Counted from the stretch's first letter, positions 48,148-59,594 are shown. The stretch is DNA of 64,000 nucleotides from an uncultured Porphyromonas sp. (GCF_902489635.1 NZ_CABUAN010000006.1:16682-80681); one strand, 5' to 3'. Program-made: numbers and translations. Notes: generated by a model from the letters alone, not told the origin.

Positions 48148-49170
48148 ATGAGACGTATCACCAGCCTAATTACAGCTACGTTAGTTGTCCTTATCTCTAG
48201 CCTTTGGGGCCTATCAGCTCAAGAGACTCCGCCCACCCCAAAGACGCATCCGACCATCCCCACCATACAGGCGGGAGCCAAATGGCTGGTCTACAAAGTC
48301 ACCTTCGGTATATACTGTCAGACCAGTGAAAAGCCTGAACATTGGAACTACTGGAACTCTAGTACAGATCAATACGCTCTGACGAAGCTAGAGACAATAG
48401 ATGATAAGACCTACTTTGTCTTAGGTGATCAAAACGACTACGGCTACAGCTACACCTATCTGAGAGAGGATCTACCTGGCGGGAAGATCTATGCACGACA
48501 CAAGAGTGGCGTCAAAGGAGGGGCAAAAGGTGAAGTCCCTGAGTATGTGCTCTGGGACTATAACCTCAAGGTGGGAGATCAGGTTACCCTTCACGATATT
48601 GATGGGTCGACAGCGCGACATGACTTTACGAAAAGTCGCTATACGCTAGTCGTCTCAGCTATTGAGACTAGGCACCTGTATGATGCTGATCGCTTAGTCT
48701 ATATTATGAAGGATATGACGGGCATCCCGCTACCAGCTAATGAAGTTTACTGGATAGAGGGCATCGGCTACTCCTTTGGCTTTTTATTTACGGGGATTAG
48801 GACTGAAGAGACTACCGGAGGCTATGGCTACGAGACACGCATACCCCTATGCTATACAGCACCCAATGGTGATGTGTACCACTTCCACCACTCAGGTATC
48901 TGTGAGGCTGTCAATGGCTTTACAGGCAATAAGAAGATTGAAGCGTCTAAGACTACACCTCTGGATCTGCAAATCTCTCGAAATCAGCTAGGACTGACCA
49001 TACGTGTAGCTGACGGTAAGCATCACGATCTAACCATTTACCGTGCTGATGGCACGAAACTCGTGGAGGCGACTTCCTTTGTCGAGAGCTATGATCTAGC
49101 CTTGCCAATGGCATCTGGAGAGAAGATTCTCGTCGTAGTTGATGACGAGACTATTCCTTACGTCTTATAA
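48148..49170 (+). CDS. Secreted hypothetical protein, possible T9SS cargo
   Basis: Signal peptide; YLRE...KIY, LWDYNLKVGD, YWIEGIG; C-terminal IYRADGTKL segment. Confidence 0.7.
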   Translation: MRRITSLITATLVVLISSLWGLSAQETPPTPKTHPTIPTIQAGAKWLVYKVTFGIYCQTSEKPEHWNYWNSSTDQYALTKLETIDDKTYFVLGDQNDYGYSYTYLREDLPGGKIYARHKSGVKGGAKGEVPEYVLWDYNLKVGDQVTLHDIDGSTARHDFTKSRYTLVVSAIETRHLYDADRLVYIMKDMTGIPLPANEVYWIEGIGYSFGFLFTGIRTEETTGGYGYETRIPLCYTAPNGDVYHFHHSGICEAVNGFTGNKKIEASKTTPLDLQISRNQLGLTIRVADGKHHDLTIYRADGTKLVEATSFVESYDLALPMASGEKILVVVDDETIPYVL

Positions 49171-49210
49171 GACTATTGACTTTTGCAACAGTTTCTTTTT
49201 ACAAACGAAA

Positions 49211-49246
49211 CGAGGGAGTACCACCACTGCTGGTGATACTCCCTCG
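49211..49246. terminator. Probable bidirectional terminator
   Basis: cgagggagta-cacca / tggtg-tactccctcg stem between convergent genes. Confidence 0.65.
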
Positions 49247-49345
49247 CTGGTGAAGGTGTGTGGTCCTAGTCTTTGGCTCTAGTATTTAGCTTTAGCGCTT
49301 AGCTTTGGGCTTGATGCGGTAGAGCCGACCTCTAGGGGGGAGTGA

Positions 49346-50194
49346 CTACTTCTTAGAGTAGTCGTAGAAGCCCTTGCCACTCTTGCGGCCGAGCTGTCCG
49401 GCACGAACCATTTTGCGGAGCAAGGGGTGTGGACGGTACTTGGGATCGGCGTACTCGTTGTTGAGCACCTCCATGATGGCTAGGCAGACGTCTAGACCGA
49501 TGAAGTCGCCCAGTGCGAGCGGCCCCATGGGGTGATTAGCGCCGAGCTGCATAGCGGTATCGATCTCCTCGACGGTAGCGACGCCATCGGCATACTCACC
49601 GATAGCCTCGTTGATCATCGGGATGAGGATACGGTTGACTACAAAGCCTGGAGCCTCGCTCACTCTGACGGCTGTCTTGCCGAGCTGCTCACAGAGCGTG
49701 AGGGTCGTCTGGAGGGTCTCCTCAGAGGTGCACTGACCGCTGATGACCTCGACGAGCTTCATGACAGGTACGGGGTTGAAGAAGTGCATACCGATGACCT
49801 GCTCAGGACGCTTGGTTACGCTGGCTAGCTCGGTGATGCTGAGCGAAGAGGTGTTTGTAGCAAAGATTGCTGAGGGCTGTACGATACCATCGATCTCGCG
49901 AAGGATCTCCTTCTTGACCTCCATCTCCTCAGAGATAGCCTCGATGACGAGATCAGCCTGAGCGATGTCGGCGTAGTCGGTCGTGACGGTGATGCGTCCG
50001 ATGATCTGCTTGAGATCGTCGGCGGTCATCTTGCCCTTCTCGACGAGGCGGTTGAGCCCTTTGTTCATACGTTGCATAGCACGGTCTAGCGACTCGTTGC
50101 TACGTCCTTTCATCGTGACGGCGAGACCCTTCTGCGCCATCGTCTGCACGATGCCTGCACCCATGGTGCCATTGCCTAATACGACTATTTTCAT
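49346..50194 (-). CDS. hbd: 3-hydroxybutyryl-CoA dehydrogenase
   Basis: [39 protein letters not shown]. Confidence 0.95.
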   Translation of the reverse strand: MKIVVLGNGTMGAGIVQTMAQKGLAVTMKGRSNESLDRAMQRMNKGLNRLVEKGKMTADDLKQIIGRITVTTDYADIAQADLVIEAISEEMEVKKEILREIDGIVQPSAIFATNTSSLSITELASVTKRPEQVIGMHFFNPVPVMKLVEVISGQCTSEETLQTTLTLCEQLGKTAVRVSEAPGFVVNRILIPMINEAIGEYADGVATVEEIDTAMQLGANHPMGPLALGDFIGLDVCLAIMEVLNNEYADPKYRPHPLLRKMVRAGQLGRKSGKGFYDYSKK

Positions 50195-50251
50195 AGAGTT
50201 ATTGGTTTGAAATAGAGCGTGCCACAGGAGTGCGACACGCTCTAGTAAGTT

Positions 50252-51031
50252 TTAGAATTGTGGTTTGCGCTTCTCTAGGAAAGCGGACATACCCTCGCGT
50301 TGCTCGGGATGTGCGAAGGCGTTGCTAAAGAGATCGTTCTCGATGGCAATGCCTGTATCTATATCACTCTGCAGCCCCCTATTGATAGCACGCTTAGAGA
50401 TCGCTACGGCGTGTGGCGACTTGCTCGCTATCTCCTCAGCCAGCTCGGTCACGGTGGGCATGAGCGCGTCAGGCTCTACGACACGGTTGACCAGTCCTAG
50501 AGTGAGCGCCTCGTCTGCCTTGATGACACGTGCGGTGTAGATGAGCTCCTTGGCGGCGCCTGCCCCGATGAGACGGGGTAGACGCTGTGTGCCACTGAAG
50601 CCTGGGGGGATGCCTAGACCGACTTCGGGCTGACCAAACTTAGCCTTGTCACTGGCGATGCGTAGGTCGCACGCTAGGGATAGCTCGCAACCACCACCGA
50701 GTGCAAAGCCGTTGACCGCGGCTATGACGGGGCAGTAGAGTAGCTCTACCTTGCGAAAGACACGAGCACCACGCTCACCGAAGGCGAGTGCCTCTTGGGG
50801 CGTTAGCTCTGCCATCTCGGCTATGTCAGCCCCCGCAACGAAGGAGCGTCCGGCTCCTGTGATGACGAGGACGCGCACGGTGCGCTCCTGAGCTATCTGA
50901 TCGATGACGATCTCTAGCTCACTGAGTACCTGCGTAGAGAGTGCGTTGAGTGCTTCGGGGCGATCGATCGTTAGGGTACCGATCTGCCCATTGGCACTGA
51001 CACTATAATGTATGGTCTGGAAGTCTGTCAT
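50252..51031 (-). CDS. crt: Crotonase (enoyl-CoA hydratase)
   Basis: FVAGADI, AAVNGFALGGGCEL, GQPEVGLG, GTQRLPRLIG. Confidence 0.93.
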   Translation of the reverse strand: MTDFQTIHYSVSANGQIGTLTIDRPEALNALSTQVLSELEIVIDQIAQERTVRVLVITGAGRSFVAGADIAEMAELTPQEALAFGERGARVFRKVELLYCPVIAAVNGFALGGGCELSLACDLRIASDKAKFGQPEVGLGIPPGFSGTQRLPRLIGAGAAKELIYTARVIKADEALTLGLVNRVVEPDALMPTVTELAEEIASKSPHAVAISKRAINRGLQSDIDTGIAIENDLFSNAFAHPEQREGMSAFLEKRKPQF

Positions 51032-51046
51032 GACAGTGTGGAGTGT

Positions 51047-52057
51047 TTACTTCTTATTAGCTTGAAGCGTCTTGAGACGCTCCGTGAGGACGGGCAGCAC
51101 CTTGTGCAGGTCACCTACGATACCGAGGTCGGCTACCTGGAAGATGGGAGCAAACTTGTCCTTGTTGATGGCAATGATATACTCCGACTCCTCCATACCA
51201 GCGAGGTGCTGGATGGCTCCTGAGATACCGCATGCGAAGTAGATGTCAGGACGTACGGTCTTACCGGTCTGTCCGACCTGTCTCTCATGCCCGATGATAC
51301 CTGCATCGACCATAGCACGTGAGGAGGATACCTCAGCCTTGATGACCTGTGCTAGAGCCTTGAGCTTGTCAAAGCCACCATCGGTACCTACACCACGTCC
51401 GCCAGATACGAGTACGCTAGCCTCGGTGATGTCGACCATGTTCTTGGTCTCGTGCTTCTTGCTGACGAGGCGTACCTTAAAGCGACGCTCGTCAAAGGGT
51501 ACCTTGACCTCCTCGACCTCGCCGGTGCGTGTCTTATCGTCGGCCTTACGACGCATGACGCCTGGGCGTACGGTAGACATCTGAGGTCTATTCTGATCGC
51601 AGACGATGGTCGCCATGAGGTTACCACCGAAGGCGGGACGGGTCATCATGAGGTTGCGGTCTTCGCCGATCTCAAGTGACGTACAGTCTGCCGTGAGACC
51701 TGTGCGTAGACGAGCAGAGAGACGTGGAGCTAGATCACGCCCGATGGTGGTAGCACCAAAGAGGACGATCTCAGGCTTGTAGACGGTGATGAGGTGATAG
51801 ACAGCCTGTGCGTACTGCTCAGTGAGATAATCTTTGAGATTGGGATCATCAACGACTAGTACACGATCAGCACCTGCATGGATGAGCTGATCGGCTAGTC
51901 CCTTGACCTGATAGCCACATAGGATGGCAGTGACCTGCTCGTTGATCTGATCGGCTAGCTCACGTGCCTTGCCGATGAGCTCAAAGGCTACATTCTGGAT
52001 GACGCCTTCGCGTTGCTCAGCGAAGACTAGAATTCCTTTATACTGTGTCTTATCCAT
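51047..52057 (-). CDS. etfA: Electron transfer flavoprotein alpha subunit
   Basis: [33 protein letters not shown]. Confidence 0.95.
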   Translation of the reverse strand: MDKTQYKGILVFAEQREGVIQNVAFELIGKARELADQINEQVTAILCGYQVKGLADQLIHAGADRVLVVDDPNLKDYLTEQYAQAVYHLITVYKPEIVLFGATTIGRDLAPRLSARLRTGLTADCTSLEIGEDRNLMMTRPAFGGNLMATIVCDQNRPQMSTVRPGVMRRKADDKTRTGEVEEVKVPFDERRFKVRLVSKKHETKNMVDITEASVLVSGGRGVGTDGGFDKLKALAQVIKAEVSSSRAMVDAGIIGHERQVGQTGKTVRPDIYFACGISGAIQHLAGMEESEYIIAINKDKFAPIFQVADLGIVGDLHKVLPVLTERLKTLQANKK

Positions 52058-52058
52058 A

Positions 52059-52844
52059 TCAGATGATGAATTTCTCTTTAAGTTTCTCGATAATCAAATC
52101 AGCAGCCTCCTCAGGTGTGAGCTCCTCGTAGAGTGTGCCCATAGCCTTGGCACCCTTGGTAAAGGACTTCTTGACACGCGTGGGAGAGCCCTTGAGTCCT
52201 AGACGCTCCTCCTCGACGGGGAAGCTGTCAGCCGTCAGCGTGGTGATCTCCTTGTCGAAGGCGGTCATGATGCTGCTGACGTTCATATAGCGAGGCTCGT
52301 AAGCAGATGCTAGGAAGGTGAGCATACAGGGAGTCTCGACCTCTAGGGTCTCGTGTCCCTCCTCGACATTGCGCATGACGGTCAGTGTCTTCTTACCATC
52401 ATAGTCTACATGCTCTACGTAGGTGATCTGAGGCAGGTCTAGCTGCTCAGCGATCTGAGGACCTACCTGTGCTGTATCTCCATCGATAGCCTGACGTCCT
52501 GCGAGGATGATATCGTAGTCAAGCGTCTTGAGTGCATGAGAGATGGTATAGCTGGTGGCGAGGGTATCGGCACCTCCGAAGCGACGATCTGAAATGAGGT
52601 AGCCCTTGTCACAACCCATAGCAAATGCCTCACGGATGATAGCGGTAGCCTGGGGAGGTCCCATAGTGATCACGCTGACCTCAGCGCCATACTGATCCTT
52701 GAGGAGCAGAGCCTGCTCGAGTGCCCCCTTATCGTCGGGGTTCATAATGCTGGGTACGCCATCACGGATCAGAGTGCCCTTGACGGGGTCGAGCTTGATC
52801 TCAGTGGTATCGGGTACCTGCTTGATACATACTATAATCTTCAT
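52059..52844 (-). CDS. etfB: Electron transfer flavoprotein beta subunit
   Basis: CIKQVPDT, MNPDD, GADTLATS, GRQAIDGDTAQVGP. Confidence 0.95.
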   Translation of the reverse strand: MKIIVCIKQVPDTTEIKLDPVKGTLIRDGVPSIMNPDDKGALEQALLLKDQYGAEVSVITMGPPQATAIIREAFAMGCDKGYLISDRRFGGADTLATSYTISHALKTLDYDIILAGRQAIDGDTAQVGPQIAEQLDLPQITYVEHVDYDGKKTLTVMRNVEEGHETLEVETPCMLTFLASAYEPRYMNVSSIMTAFDKEITTLTADSFPVEEERLGLKGSPTRVKKSFTKGAKAMGTLYEELTPEEAADLIIEKLKEKFII

Positions 52845-52871
52845 ATGTCTAATAAGTGTCCTAAGGGGTCA

Positions 52872-54011
52872 TTACTTGAGTAGGTGCGCTGCGATAACCA
52901 TACGCTGTACCTCGCTGGTACCCTCGTAGATCTCGGTAATCTTAGCATCACGCATCATGCGCTCTACAGGATACTCACGGGTGTAGCCGTAGCCACCGTG
53001 GAACTGTACAGCCTTTGTCGTCATATCCATAGCGGTCTCAGCGCAGAAGAGCTTAGCCTCGGCTGCCTCTAGGTTGTAAGAGAGACCATTGTCCTTGCAC
53101 CACGCTGCACGACGTACGAGCAGGCTAGCGCAGTCGATACGCGTCTGCAGGTCTGCTAGCTGGAACTGAGTGTTCTGGAACTTAGCGATGCTGCGACCAA
53201 ACTGCTTGCGCTCCTTGGTGTACTTGACAGTCTCGTCCATAGCACCACGAGCGATGCCGAGAGCCTGAGCTGCGATACCGATACGTCCGCCATCGAGGGT
53301 GTGCATAGCAACCTTGAAGCCACCGCCCACCTTACCTAGTAGACGATCCTTGGGGATGCGGCAGTTCTCCATAATCAGCTCGCACGTAGCAGAGCCACGG
53401 ATACCGAGCTTGAGCTCATGCTTACCGACAGAAAAACCGGGGTCGTCCTTCTCAACGATAAAGGCAGAGATACCCTTGTTGCCCTTGCTCTTGTCCGTCA
53501 TGGCAAAGATGATATAGACGTGAGCGTACTCAGCATTGGTGATAAAGATCTTATTACCATTGAGTATGTAGCACTCCTCCTCCTCGACAGCAAAGGTCTG
53601 CTGTGCGGAAGCGTCTGTACCAGCATTGGGCTCCGTGAGACCAAAGGCACCGATCCACTCGCCTGAAGCTAGCTTAGGGAGGTAGTGCTGCTTCTGCTCC
53701 TCCGTACCAAAGCTCATGATAGGATCACAGCATAGTGATGTGTGAGCAGAGACGACAACGCCTGTGGTAGCACAGACACGGCTGAGCTCCTCGACAGCCA
53801 TCGTGTAGATCTGTACGGTAGAGCCTGCGCCTCCGTACTCCTTGGGAATGGGGATACCCATGATGCCCAGCTTGCTCATCTTCTGAACAGTCTCAATGGG
53901 GAAGCGCTCCTGCTCATCGATCTCTGCAGCGAGAGGCTTAACCTCTTTCTCTGCAAACTCTCTGATCATTTGCAAGAATAGCTCCTCTTGTGGGGTCTTA
54001 CTAAAGTCCAT
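52872..54011 (-). CDS. bcd: Butyryl-CoA dehydrogenase
   Basis: FGLTEPNAGTDA, GNKIFITN, RIGIAAQALG, RDAKITEIYEGTSEVQR. Confidence 0.95.
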   Translation of the reverse strand: MDFSKTPQEELFLQMIREFAEKEVKPLAAEIDEQERFPIETVQKMSKLGIMGIPIPKEYGGAGSTVQIYTMAVEELSRVCATTGVVVSAHTSLCCDPIMSFGTEEQKQHYLPKLASGEWIGAFGLTEPNAGTDASAQQTFAVEEEECYILNGNKIFITNAEYAHVYIIFAMTDKSKGNKGISAFIVEKDDPGFSVGKHELKLGIRGSATCELIMENCRIPKDRLLGKVGGGFKVAMHTLDGGRIGIAAQALGIARGAMDETVKYTKERKQFGRSIAKFQNTQFQLADLQTRIDCASLLVRRAAWCKDNGLSYNLEAAEAKLFCAETAMDMTTKAVQFHGGYGYTREYPVERMMRDAKITEIYEGTSEVQRMVIAAHLLK

Positions 54012-54102
54012 AGTTTGAAATATGATTGTCTATAATAGTGTGTTATTGCTTGATAAGGCCTGTCGCCCGAAGGCGGCAGGCTCTAAGGGTAGTGTCGTAA
54101 GA

Positions 54103-54771
54103 CTACTGACGCATGGGCTTGACATCGTCCACGTAGTGTAGCGTAGCCTCGGTGGCTGCCTCTATCTCCTCACGTGTGACGCCGTCACGGATCTCTGTGA
54201 CGTAGAGTCCCTGACCCTTGCGTACCTCGATGACGCATAGCTCGGTGATGATGAGGTCTACCTGACCAGCTGCTGTGAGCGGCAGAGTACACTTCTTGAG
54301 GATCTTAGCCTTGCCCTTTGCGGTGTGGGTCATAGCAAGGATCACCTTGCGTGTACCTACGAGCAGATCCATAGCACCACCCATACCGGGGGCGAGCTTG
54401 CCAGGGATAATCCAGTTAGCTAGGTCACCAGCCTCATCGACCTGTAGTGCGCCGAGGATGCTGACATCCACGTGACCTCCACGGATGATACCGAAGGAGG
54501 TAGCACTGTCGAAGGTGGCAGCCTCTGGCACAGCAGTGATAGCACCACCACCAGCATTGATCCAAAGGGGATCCTCCTGGCCTGGAGCAGGAGCACCACC
54601 CATACCGATCATACCATTCTCAGACTGTAGCATCACATGTACGTCTGGCTTGAGATAGTTGGGTACCATCGTGGGTAGACCGATGCCGAGGTTGACGACA
54701 TCGCCATCCTTTAGTTCTAGGGCTACGCGCTTGGCGATAACCTCTCTGACTTGATTCTTGTCTAGTTCCAT
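54103..54771 (-). CDS. atoA: Butyrate/acetoacetate CoA-transferase beta subunit
   Basis: VNLGIGLP, QSENG (catalytic Glu), GMGGAMDL. Confidence 0.9.
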   Translation of the reverse strand: MELDKNQVREVIAKRVALELKDGDVVNLGIGLPTMVPNYLKPDVHVMLQSENGMIGMGGAPAPGQEDPLWINAGGGAITAVPEAATFDSATSFGIIRGGHVDVSILGALQVDEAGDLANWIIPGKLAPGMGGAMDLLVGTRKVILAMTHTAKGKAKILKKCTLPLTAAGQVDLIITELCVIEVRKGQGLYVTEIRDGVTREEIEAATEATLHYVDDVKPMRQ

Positions 54772-54825
54772 ATCGTATTATACCTTGATTTGTATTACTT
54801 CTTAGTTTGTGGAGCCGAGGGGGCT

Positions 54826-55623
54826 TTACTTACCCGCAGCCTCTTTGCGGCGCACGATCTCCTGACAGATGAACGAAGCCACATCGTCGGCAAAGGTGTT
54901 GGCACCAAAACCGGCGTCAAAGCCTAGCTCCTTGGCCAGCTCGTGCGAGATACGTGGACCGCCACAGATGACGATCATCTTGTCGCGTAGGCCCTCTGCC
55001 TCGATGAGCTCAATGAACTCGGTCATGTTCTTGATGTGTACATCCTTCTGTGTGACCGTCTGGGAGATGAGCAGGGCATCGGCATTCATCTCGATACCCT
55101 TGGCGATGAGCTCTTCGTTGGGCACCTGGCTACCGAGGTTGTAAGCATCGATCATGTCGTAGCGCTCTAGGCCGTAGTGACCTGCGAAGCCCTTCATATT
55201 CATGATCGCATCGATACCTACCGTGTGCGCATCGGTTCCCGTGCTAGCTCCTAGTACCACCAGCTTGCGCCCGATGTGGGTGCGGATGTACTCGTCGGTC
55301 TCCTCCATGCTCCAGGTGGTCGACTCGACCTTGGGTACGTAAATGTTGGAGTAGTCAACCGTATGGGTGCAACTACCATAACAATTGAAGAAGGTAAAGC
55401 CCTTGGTGAGCTCCTCTGAGAAGACAACCATCGGGTTTTGTAGTCCCATCTCCTTGAGTAGGAGCTTAGCGGCCTCCTCGGCCTCAGCCCCTTTAGGTAC
55501 AGGCAGCGTGAAGCTCAGCTGTACCTTACCATCGTTCATGGTGTCGCCGTAAGGCTTTACTTGCGAAAGGTCGAGGGTACGGTCAAAGTCCTTCGCCTCC
55601 ATTGAATATAGTCCTCCACTCAT
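54826..55623 (-). CDS. kamE: Lysine 5,6-aminomutase beta subunit (B12-binding)
   Basis: PYGDTMNDGKVQLSFTLP, DAHTVGIDAIMNMKG. Confidence 0.95.
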   Translation of the reverse strand: MSGGLYSMEAKDFDRTLDLSQVKPYGDTMNDGKVQLSFTLPVPKGAEAEEAAKLLLKEMGLQNPMVVFSEELTKGFTFFNCYGSCTHTVDYSNIYVPKVESTTWSMEETDEYIRTHIGRKLVVLGASTGTDAHTVGIDAIMNMKGFAGHYGLERYDMIDAYNLGSQVPNEELIAKGIEMNADALLISQTVTQKDVHIKNMTEFIELIEAEGLRDKMIVICGGPRISHELAKELGFDAGFGANTFADDVASFICQEIVRRKEAAGK

Positions 55624-57191
55624 AGCTTGCCTTGTATCTTACGGTTCTTCATTAGTTCCAGTGTTGGGTTGTAGTAGCGCTCGCTCTTTGGCTTGACGCC
55701 GTCCAACCCACGTCCTCCATCGAGAGGACGCTTGATATCTGCAAAGATACCCTTAGAGAGCGCGGTAAAGAGTCCCTCGCCCTTGATCTCCTCGAGGAGG
55801 TCCAGCGTCTTGTCTAGCACCTCACGAGCACGGCTCTGGATGATACCACCCTCCTTAAACTCAACCTCGTCGCCGATGGAGCGCATATTGTTGAAGATGT
55901 AGCGCGCATTCTCGATCGAGAGGAAGCGGTCGCTCATAAAAGGCGTGTGGATAGCCTCCGTCGGCATACCGAGGAGCTGTAGTCCCTGATGCGTCCAGAT
56001 ACCTATTATATTAAAGAGTGCATCCTGTATGTGACCACGGAAGATGTTTCCGGTCATAAACTTCGTAGGAGGCATATACTTGAGTGGAGCCTTGGGGAAG
56101 ATCTCACGCGTCATCTGAGCCTGCGCCAGCTCGAAGAGGAAGCCGTTTTCGGTCATCGGATCCATCTCGAAGGCGTGTCCTAGACCCATCTGCTCCTCAG
56201 GAAGGGCAGCTCGTAAGGCAAACTGCTCATTGATGAAGTCAGACGCTAGCACCGTGTGCGCCTGCTCAATAGCGTCAGCCGTCGTGAGGTAGTTGTCCTC
56301 ACCCGTATTGATGATGACGCCGGCAAAACCATTGATCACACGACTCGTGTACTGGTCGATGATCGTGCGCTGCATATTGATATCGCGGAAGAGGATACCG
56401 TAGAGGGCATCGTTGAGCATGACGTCTAGTCCCTCGAAAGCGCCCATGATAGCGATCTCTGGCATACAGAGACCCGAGCAGTAGTTACAGAGACGTACGT
56501 ACTTGCCACGCTCCTCGCCAACCTCGTCCAGCGCCTTACGCATGATGCGGAAGTTCTCCTGTGTCGCATAGGTACCACCGAAGCCCTCGGTCGTAGCACC
56601 GTAGGGTACGTAGTCGATCAAGCTCTGTCCCGTAGTACGGATCACAGCGATAATGTCGGCACCCTGTCGTGCTGCAGCCTGCGCCTGGATCACATCCTCG
56701 TAGATGTTACCCGTAGCGACGATCACATAGAGGTAAGGCTTAGGACCCTCACCGATCGTGTTGAGGTAGTTCTCACGGCGCTCTCTATGCTCGACAATGC
56801 GCTGCATACCCTTGAGGATGTAAGGCTCTAGTACGTCAGCTATTTCCTCAGGCTTGCGCGCTGGATAGTGTGTTAAGTTGATCTCGTTACGAGCCACCCC
56901 CTCAGCGATCTGCTGTGGATCCATGCCCGTAGCCAGCATTGCGTTGGCAAGGTAAAAGAAGACTCCGTCTGAGAGAGCCTCCTGCTCCTTGAGATGTGTC
57001 ACGACGACGTTGGGCAGAGGCACATCGTGCTCGTCTACTCCGTCAATCCCGACGAAGCGACAGAGCGTGCGCTCGACCGTCACAGTCGTATAGCGGTCAA
57101 CAAAGCTCTGCACCTCCTCGGCGATAGTGCCGGCGGCGCTGCGTGCTTTGTCCACTTTGGCAAAGTCTATACCTACTTTACTTGTCTTCAT
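55620..57191 (-). CDS. kamD: Lysine 5,6-aminomutase alpha subunit
   Basis: VATGNIYED, IRTTGQSL.DYVPYGAT, NYCSGLCMPE, KYMPPTK. Confidence 0.95.
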   Translation of the reverse strand: MKTSKVGIDFAKVDKARSAAGTIAEEVQSFVDRYTTVTVERTLCRFVGIDGVDEHDVPLPNVVVTHLKEQEALSDGVFFYLANAMLATGMDPQQIAEGVARNEINLTHYPARKPEEIADVLEPYILKGMQRIVEHRERRENYLNTIGEGPKPYLYVIVATGNIYEDVIQAQAAARQGADIIAVIRTTGQSLIDYVPYGATTEGFGGTYATQENFRIMRKALDEVGEERGKYVRLCNYCSGLCMPEIAIMGAFEGLDVMLNDALYGILFRDINMQRTIIDQYTSRVINGFAGVIINTGEDNYLTTADAIEQAHTVLASDFINEQFALRAALPEEQMGLGHAFEMDPMTENGFLFELAQAQMTREIFPKAPLKYMPPTKFMTGNIFRGHIQDALFNIIGIWTHQGLQLLGMPTEAIHTPFMSDRFLSIENARYIFNNMRSIGDEVEFKEGGIIQSRAREVLDKTLDLLEEIKGEGLFTALSKGIFADIKRPLDGGRGLDGVKPKSERYYNPTLELMKNRKIQGKL

Positions 57192-58581
57192 TCTTTGTTG
57201 CTAAGTTCTTTTCGCATAAATCTAATAGCTCCCTGTCCATGCCTAGTATCTCTGCTATGCGCAGAGCCTCGTGAGGCGCATCGGTCTGGGTATCCTCTAT
57301 GAGAGAGTAGTCGATACAACGATTGAGCTGGTTGATCTCGAGTGGCTTGCGTAGACGCTCCTCCACGAAGCCGCGTACTCTCCATCTGTGGCATCGCCCC
57401 AAGATGCCGCTGTAATGTGTCGTGATGATAGCTCGCACAGCATACTGAGCGAAGAGCTGTACGAGGGCACTCACCAGAGCGTGTCCCTCCTCGGGATTGG
57501 TCGTGCGGGCTGGCTCATCAATGAGTGCTAAGACCTGCTTACCCTCCTTGACCGACTCAATGATTCGGTTGAGGCGTAGCATCTCGGCACCATAGGAAGA
57601 GAGCCCCGACTTGATGTCTTGATCGTCTCCAATGGAGAAGATCACCTCATCGACTGGTACCAGCTGAGCCTCTTGTGCCGTCACATAGCAGCCAAACTGC
57701 ATGAGACACTGCGCCAATCCTATCGAAGCGAGCAGGACGCTCTTGCCTGCCATGTTAGCTCCTGTGATGAGCGTAGGCTGATCGGTGTAGGAGATCGTCA
57801 CTGGCTGGAACTTATCCTGTCTCTCAGCTAGATGGTGAGCCACCTCAGGGTGTATCAGATCTGTCAGCCTGCTCTCGCCAGAGCGTATAGGCTTAGGACG
57901 ACAGCAGCCATGTGCCAAAGCCCACTGAGCAATGGCGTGGAGCTTGTCTATCTGTGCCAAAGCCTCTAAAGCCTCCTCTATCTGGTCCGCGTAAGGGTGC
58001 AAAGCCTCGGTGAGCCGCTTCCGTACGCGATCCTCTTCGATAGCGCATTGGACGGCTAGCTCGTCTCGCTCGGTCTCCTCAGAGGTGCGCTCCATCTGCT
58101 TGCGTAGCGAACGCAGTACAGCACTATAACTGTCGCTAATGTAGAAGCTCGGGAGTCGCTCCCCGTCGATGTCTAGTATATCCACGACCTCAGTGAGTGT
58201 GTGGCACTGTAGGATCTCTAGATGATACTGCTCGGCGAGGCGACGCACCTTCTCCTCGATGAGTGCGAGTCGCTTGATCTCAAAGAGGTCGATGTCGCTA
58301 CAGATGACCTGTGGCTGTCTGATCGTCTCGATAGAGCCCGAGACATTCATCAGTTCGCAGAGATGTATCGCCACCTCTTGCATGCCTTTCTGCCGCTCTT
58401 GGTCAGAGAGGTAGCCTATGTAGCGGGCCACCTCATCCAGTCGCTGCTCGATAGTCTCCACATTGCTACTCCAGGGCGTAGCCAGCATAGCCATACGTCC
58501 TGGAGAAGAGTTGAAGTGCATCTCCTCCACGACATAGCGCAGTCCGCTTATTTGGTCTATACAACTACGTAGGTCTTTCAT
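57178..58581 (-). CDS. kamC: MutS-domain-V protein of the lysine fermentation cluster (KamC-like)
   Basis: ITGANMAGKS, GLSSYGAEM, IDEPARTTNP.EG, TTHY; no mismatch-binding domain; lies between kamB and kamD. Confidence 0.8.
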   Translation of the reverse strand: MKDLRSCIDQISGLRYVVEEMHFNSSPGRMAMLATPWSSNVETIEQRLDEVARYIGYLSDQERQKGMQEVAIHLCELMNVSGSIETIRQPQVICSDIDLFEIKRLALIEEKVRRLAEQYHLEILQCHTLTEVVDILDIDGERLPSFYISDSYSAVLRSLRKQMERTSEETERDELAVQCAIEEDRVRKRLTEALHPYADQIEEALEALAQIDKLHAIAQWALAHGCCRPKPIRSGESRLTDLIHPEVAHHLAERQDKFQPVTISYTDQPTLITGANMAGKSVLLASIGLAQCLMQFGCYVTAQEAQLVPVDEVIFSIGDDQDIKSGLSSYGAEMLRLNRIIESVKEGKQVLALIDEPARTTNPEEGHALVSALVQLFAQYAVRAIITTHYSGILGRCHRWRVRGFVEERLRKPLEINQLNRCIDYSLIEDTQTDAPHEALRIAEILGMDRELLDLCEKNLATKNEDK

Positions 58582-59594
58582 AGCCTTCTGACATCATATA
58601 CAGGTACCGCCAGAGCTTCGGATAGACGCTCACACATGCGCTCACTATCTAGCCGATAGCCTGAAGGGGCTAGCGGGTTGAAGGTGACCGCCATAAGCTT
58701 ACTACTATATAGAGTCTTTATCTCCCTGCCAGTAGCTAGATAACTCTGTACAGCTTGTCCCGATGCAAAGATACGAGTAAAGTCTTTGACCACAAGCTGC
58801 CGGTGCCGCTTGATGAGCCGCAACTGATTCAGCAGTTTGTCGCTGACCACGCCTGGTACGTAGAGCATATCGCCCTCGGCCAGCCAAGTCGTGTCACGCC
58901 ACATGTCGGGGGTAAGCGCCGAGGCAAAGCCTGGATCTACGATAGCCCCCTCAGTTGTTAGGAGACGCACTCCCTTGTCCACCTCTGCAAGCTGCTCCGC
59001 AAGCTTTCTGTCCGCCAACTGTGGCAGACGTATCAAGCGCATCAGCTCACGCATTCGCTTGATCAACTGCTCGGGCTGAGCCGAGTAAGCACTGCCCGTG
59101 GCAAGCACCATCCCCTCGGCTACCGAGGGAGATGCTAGCGAGAGACGTGAGAGCGCTCCGTCGATGAGTGTCAGATCAACCCCCTCCTGACTCATCCTGG
59201 CGACTACACGACGCAGACCACCCGTCGAGGGGGGACCCGCTATGAGTGTCTTGCCGATGCCTCGTGCTCGGGCATAGATAAGTCGCCCGATCGAGGAGGA
59301 GTAGATGCGATCAATGTCAAAAATCTCGGCCGGTAGGAGCTTCTTGCGAAAGAAGTTTTCCGCCGTCACAAAGCGCATCCCGTTGTGCAGGGTTATCTCT
59401 GGCTTGTCCGTCTGTGTCACCTGATCACGTAGCTCTCCATCGATGCCGATCGACGTCAGCGCCAGCTGCAGCTCTGGGTGACGCTCTCGTAGCGCACCGA
59501 GGATGTAGTTAAGACTTTCCGTCTTACCCACATTCTTGGCAGTCCCTACGATAGCGAGACTCTTGAGTTGAGCTATGTTTGCGATGAATGGCAT
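58578..59594 (-). CDS. kamB: KamB-like protein (aminomutase reactivase partner)
   Basis: GTAKNVGKT, TSIGIDGE, IDGALSR, LATG; position after kamA. Confidence 0.75.
   Translation of the reverse strand: MPFIANIAQLKSLAIVGTAKNVGKTESLNYILGALRERHPELQLALTSIGIDGELRDQVTQTDKPEITLHNGMRFVTAENFFRKKLLPAEIFDIDRIYSSSIGRLIYARARGIGKTLIAGPPSTGGLRRVVARMSQEGVDLTLIDGALSRLSLASPSVAEGMVLATGSAYSAQPEQLIKRMRELMRLIRLPQLADRKLAEQLAEVDKGVRLLTTEGAIVDPGFASALTPDMWRDTTWLAEGDMLYVPGVVSDKLLNQLRLIKRHRQLVVKDFTRIFASGQAVQSYLATGREIKTLYSSKLMAVTFNPLAPSGYRLDSERMCERLSEALAVPVYDVRRL

Noticed and set aside
57178..58581. MutS mismatch-repair gene
   Set aside because: Only the ATPase region is MutS-like; its position between kamB and kamD fits the known KamC-type protein.
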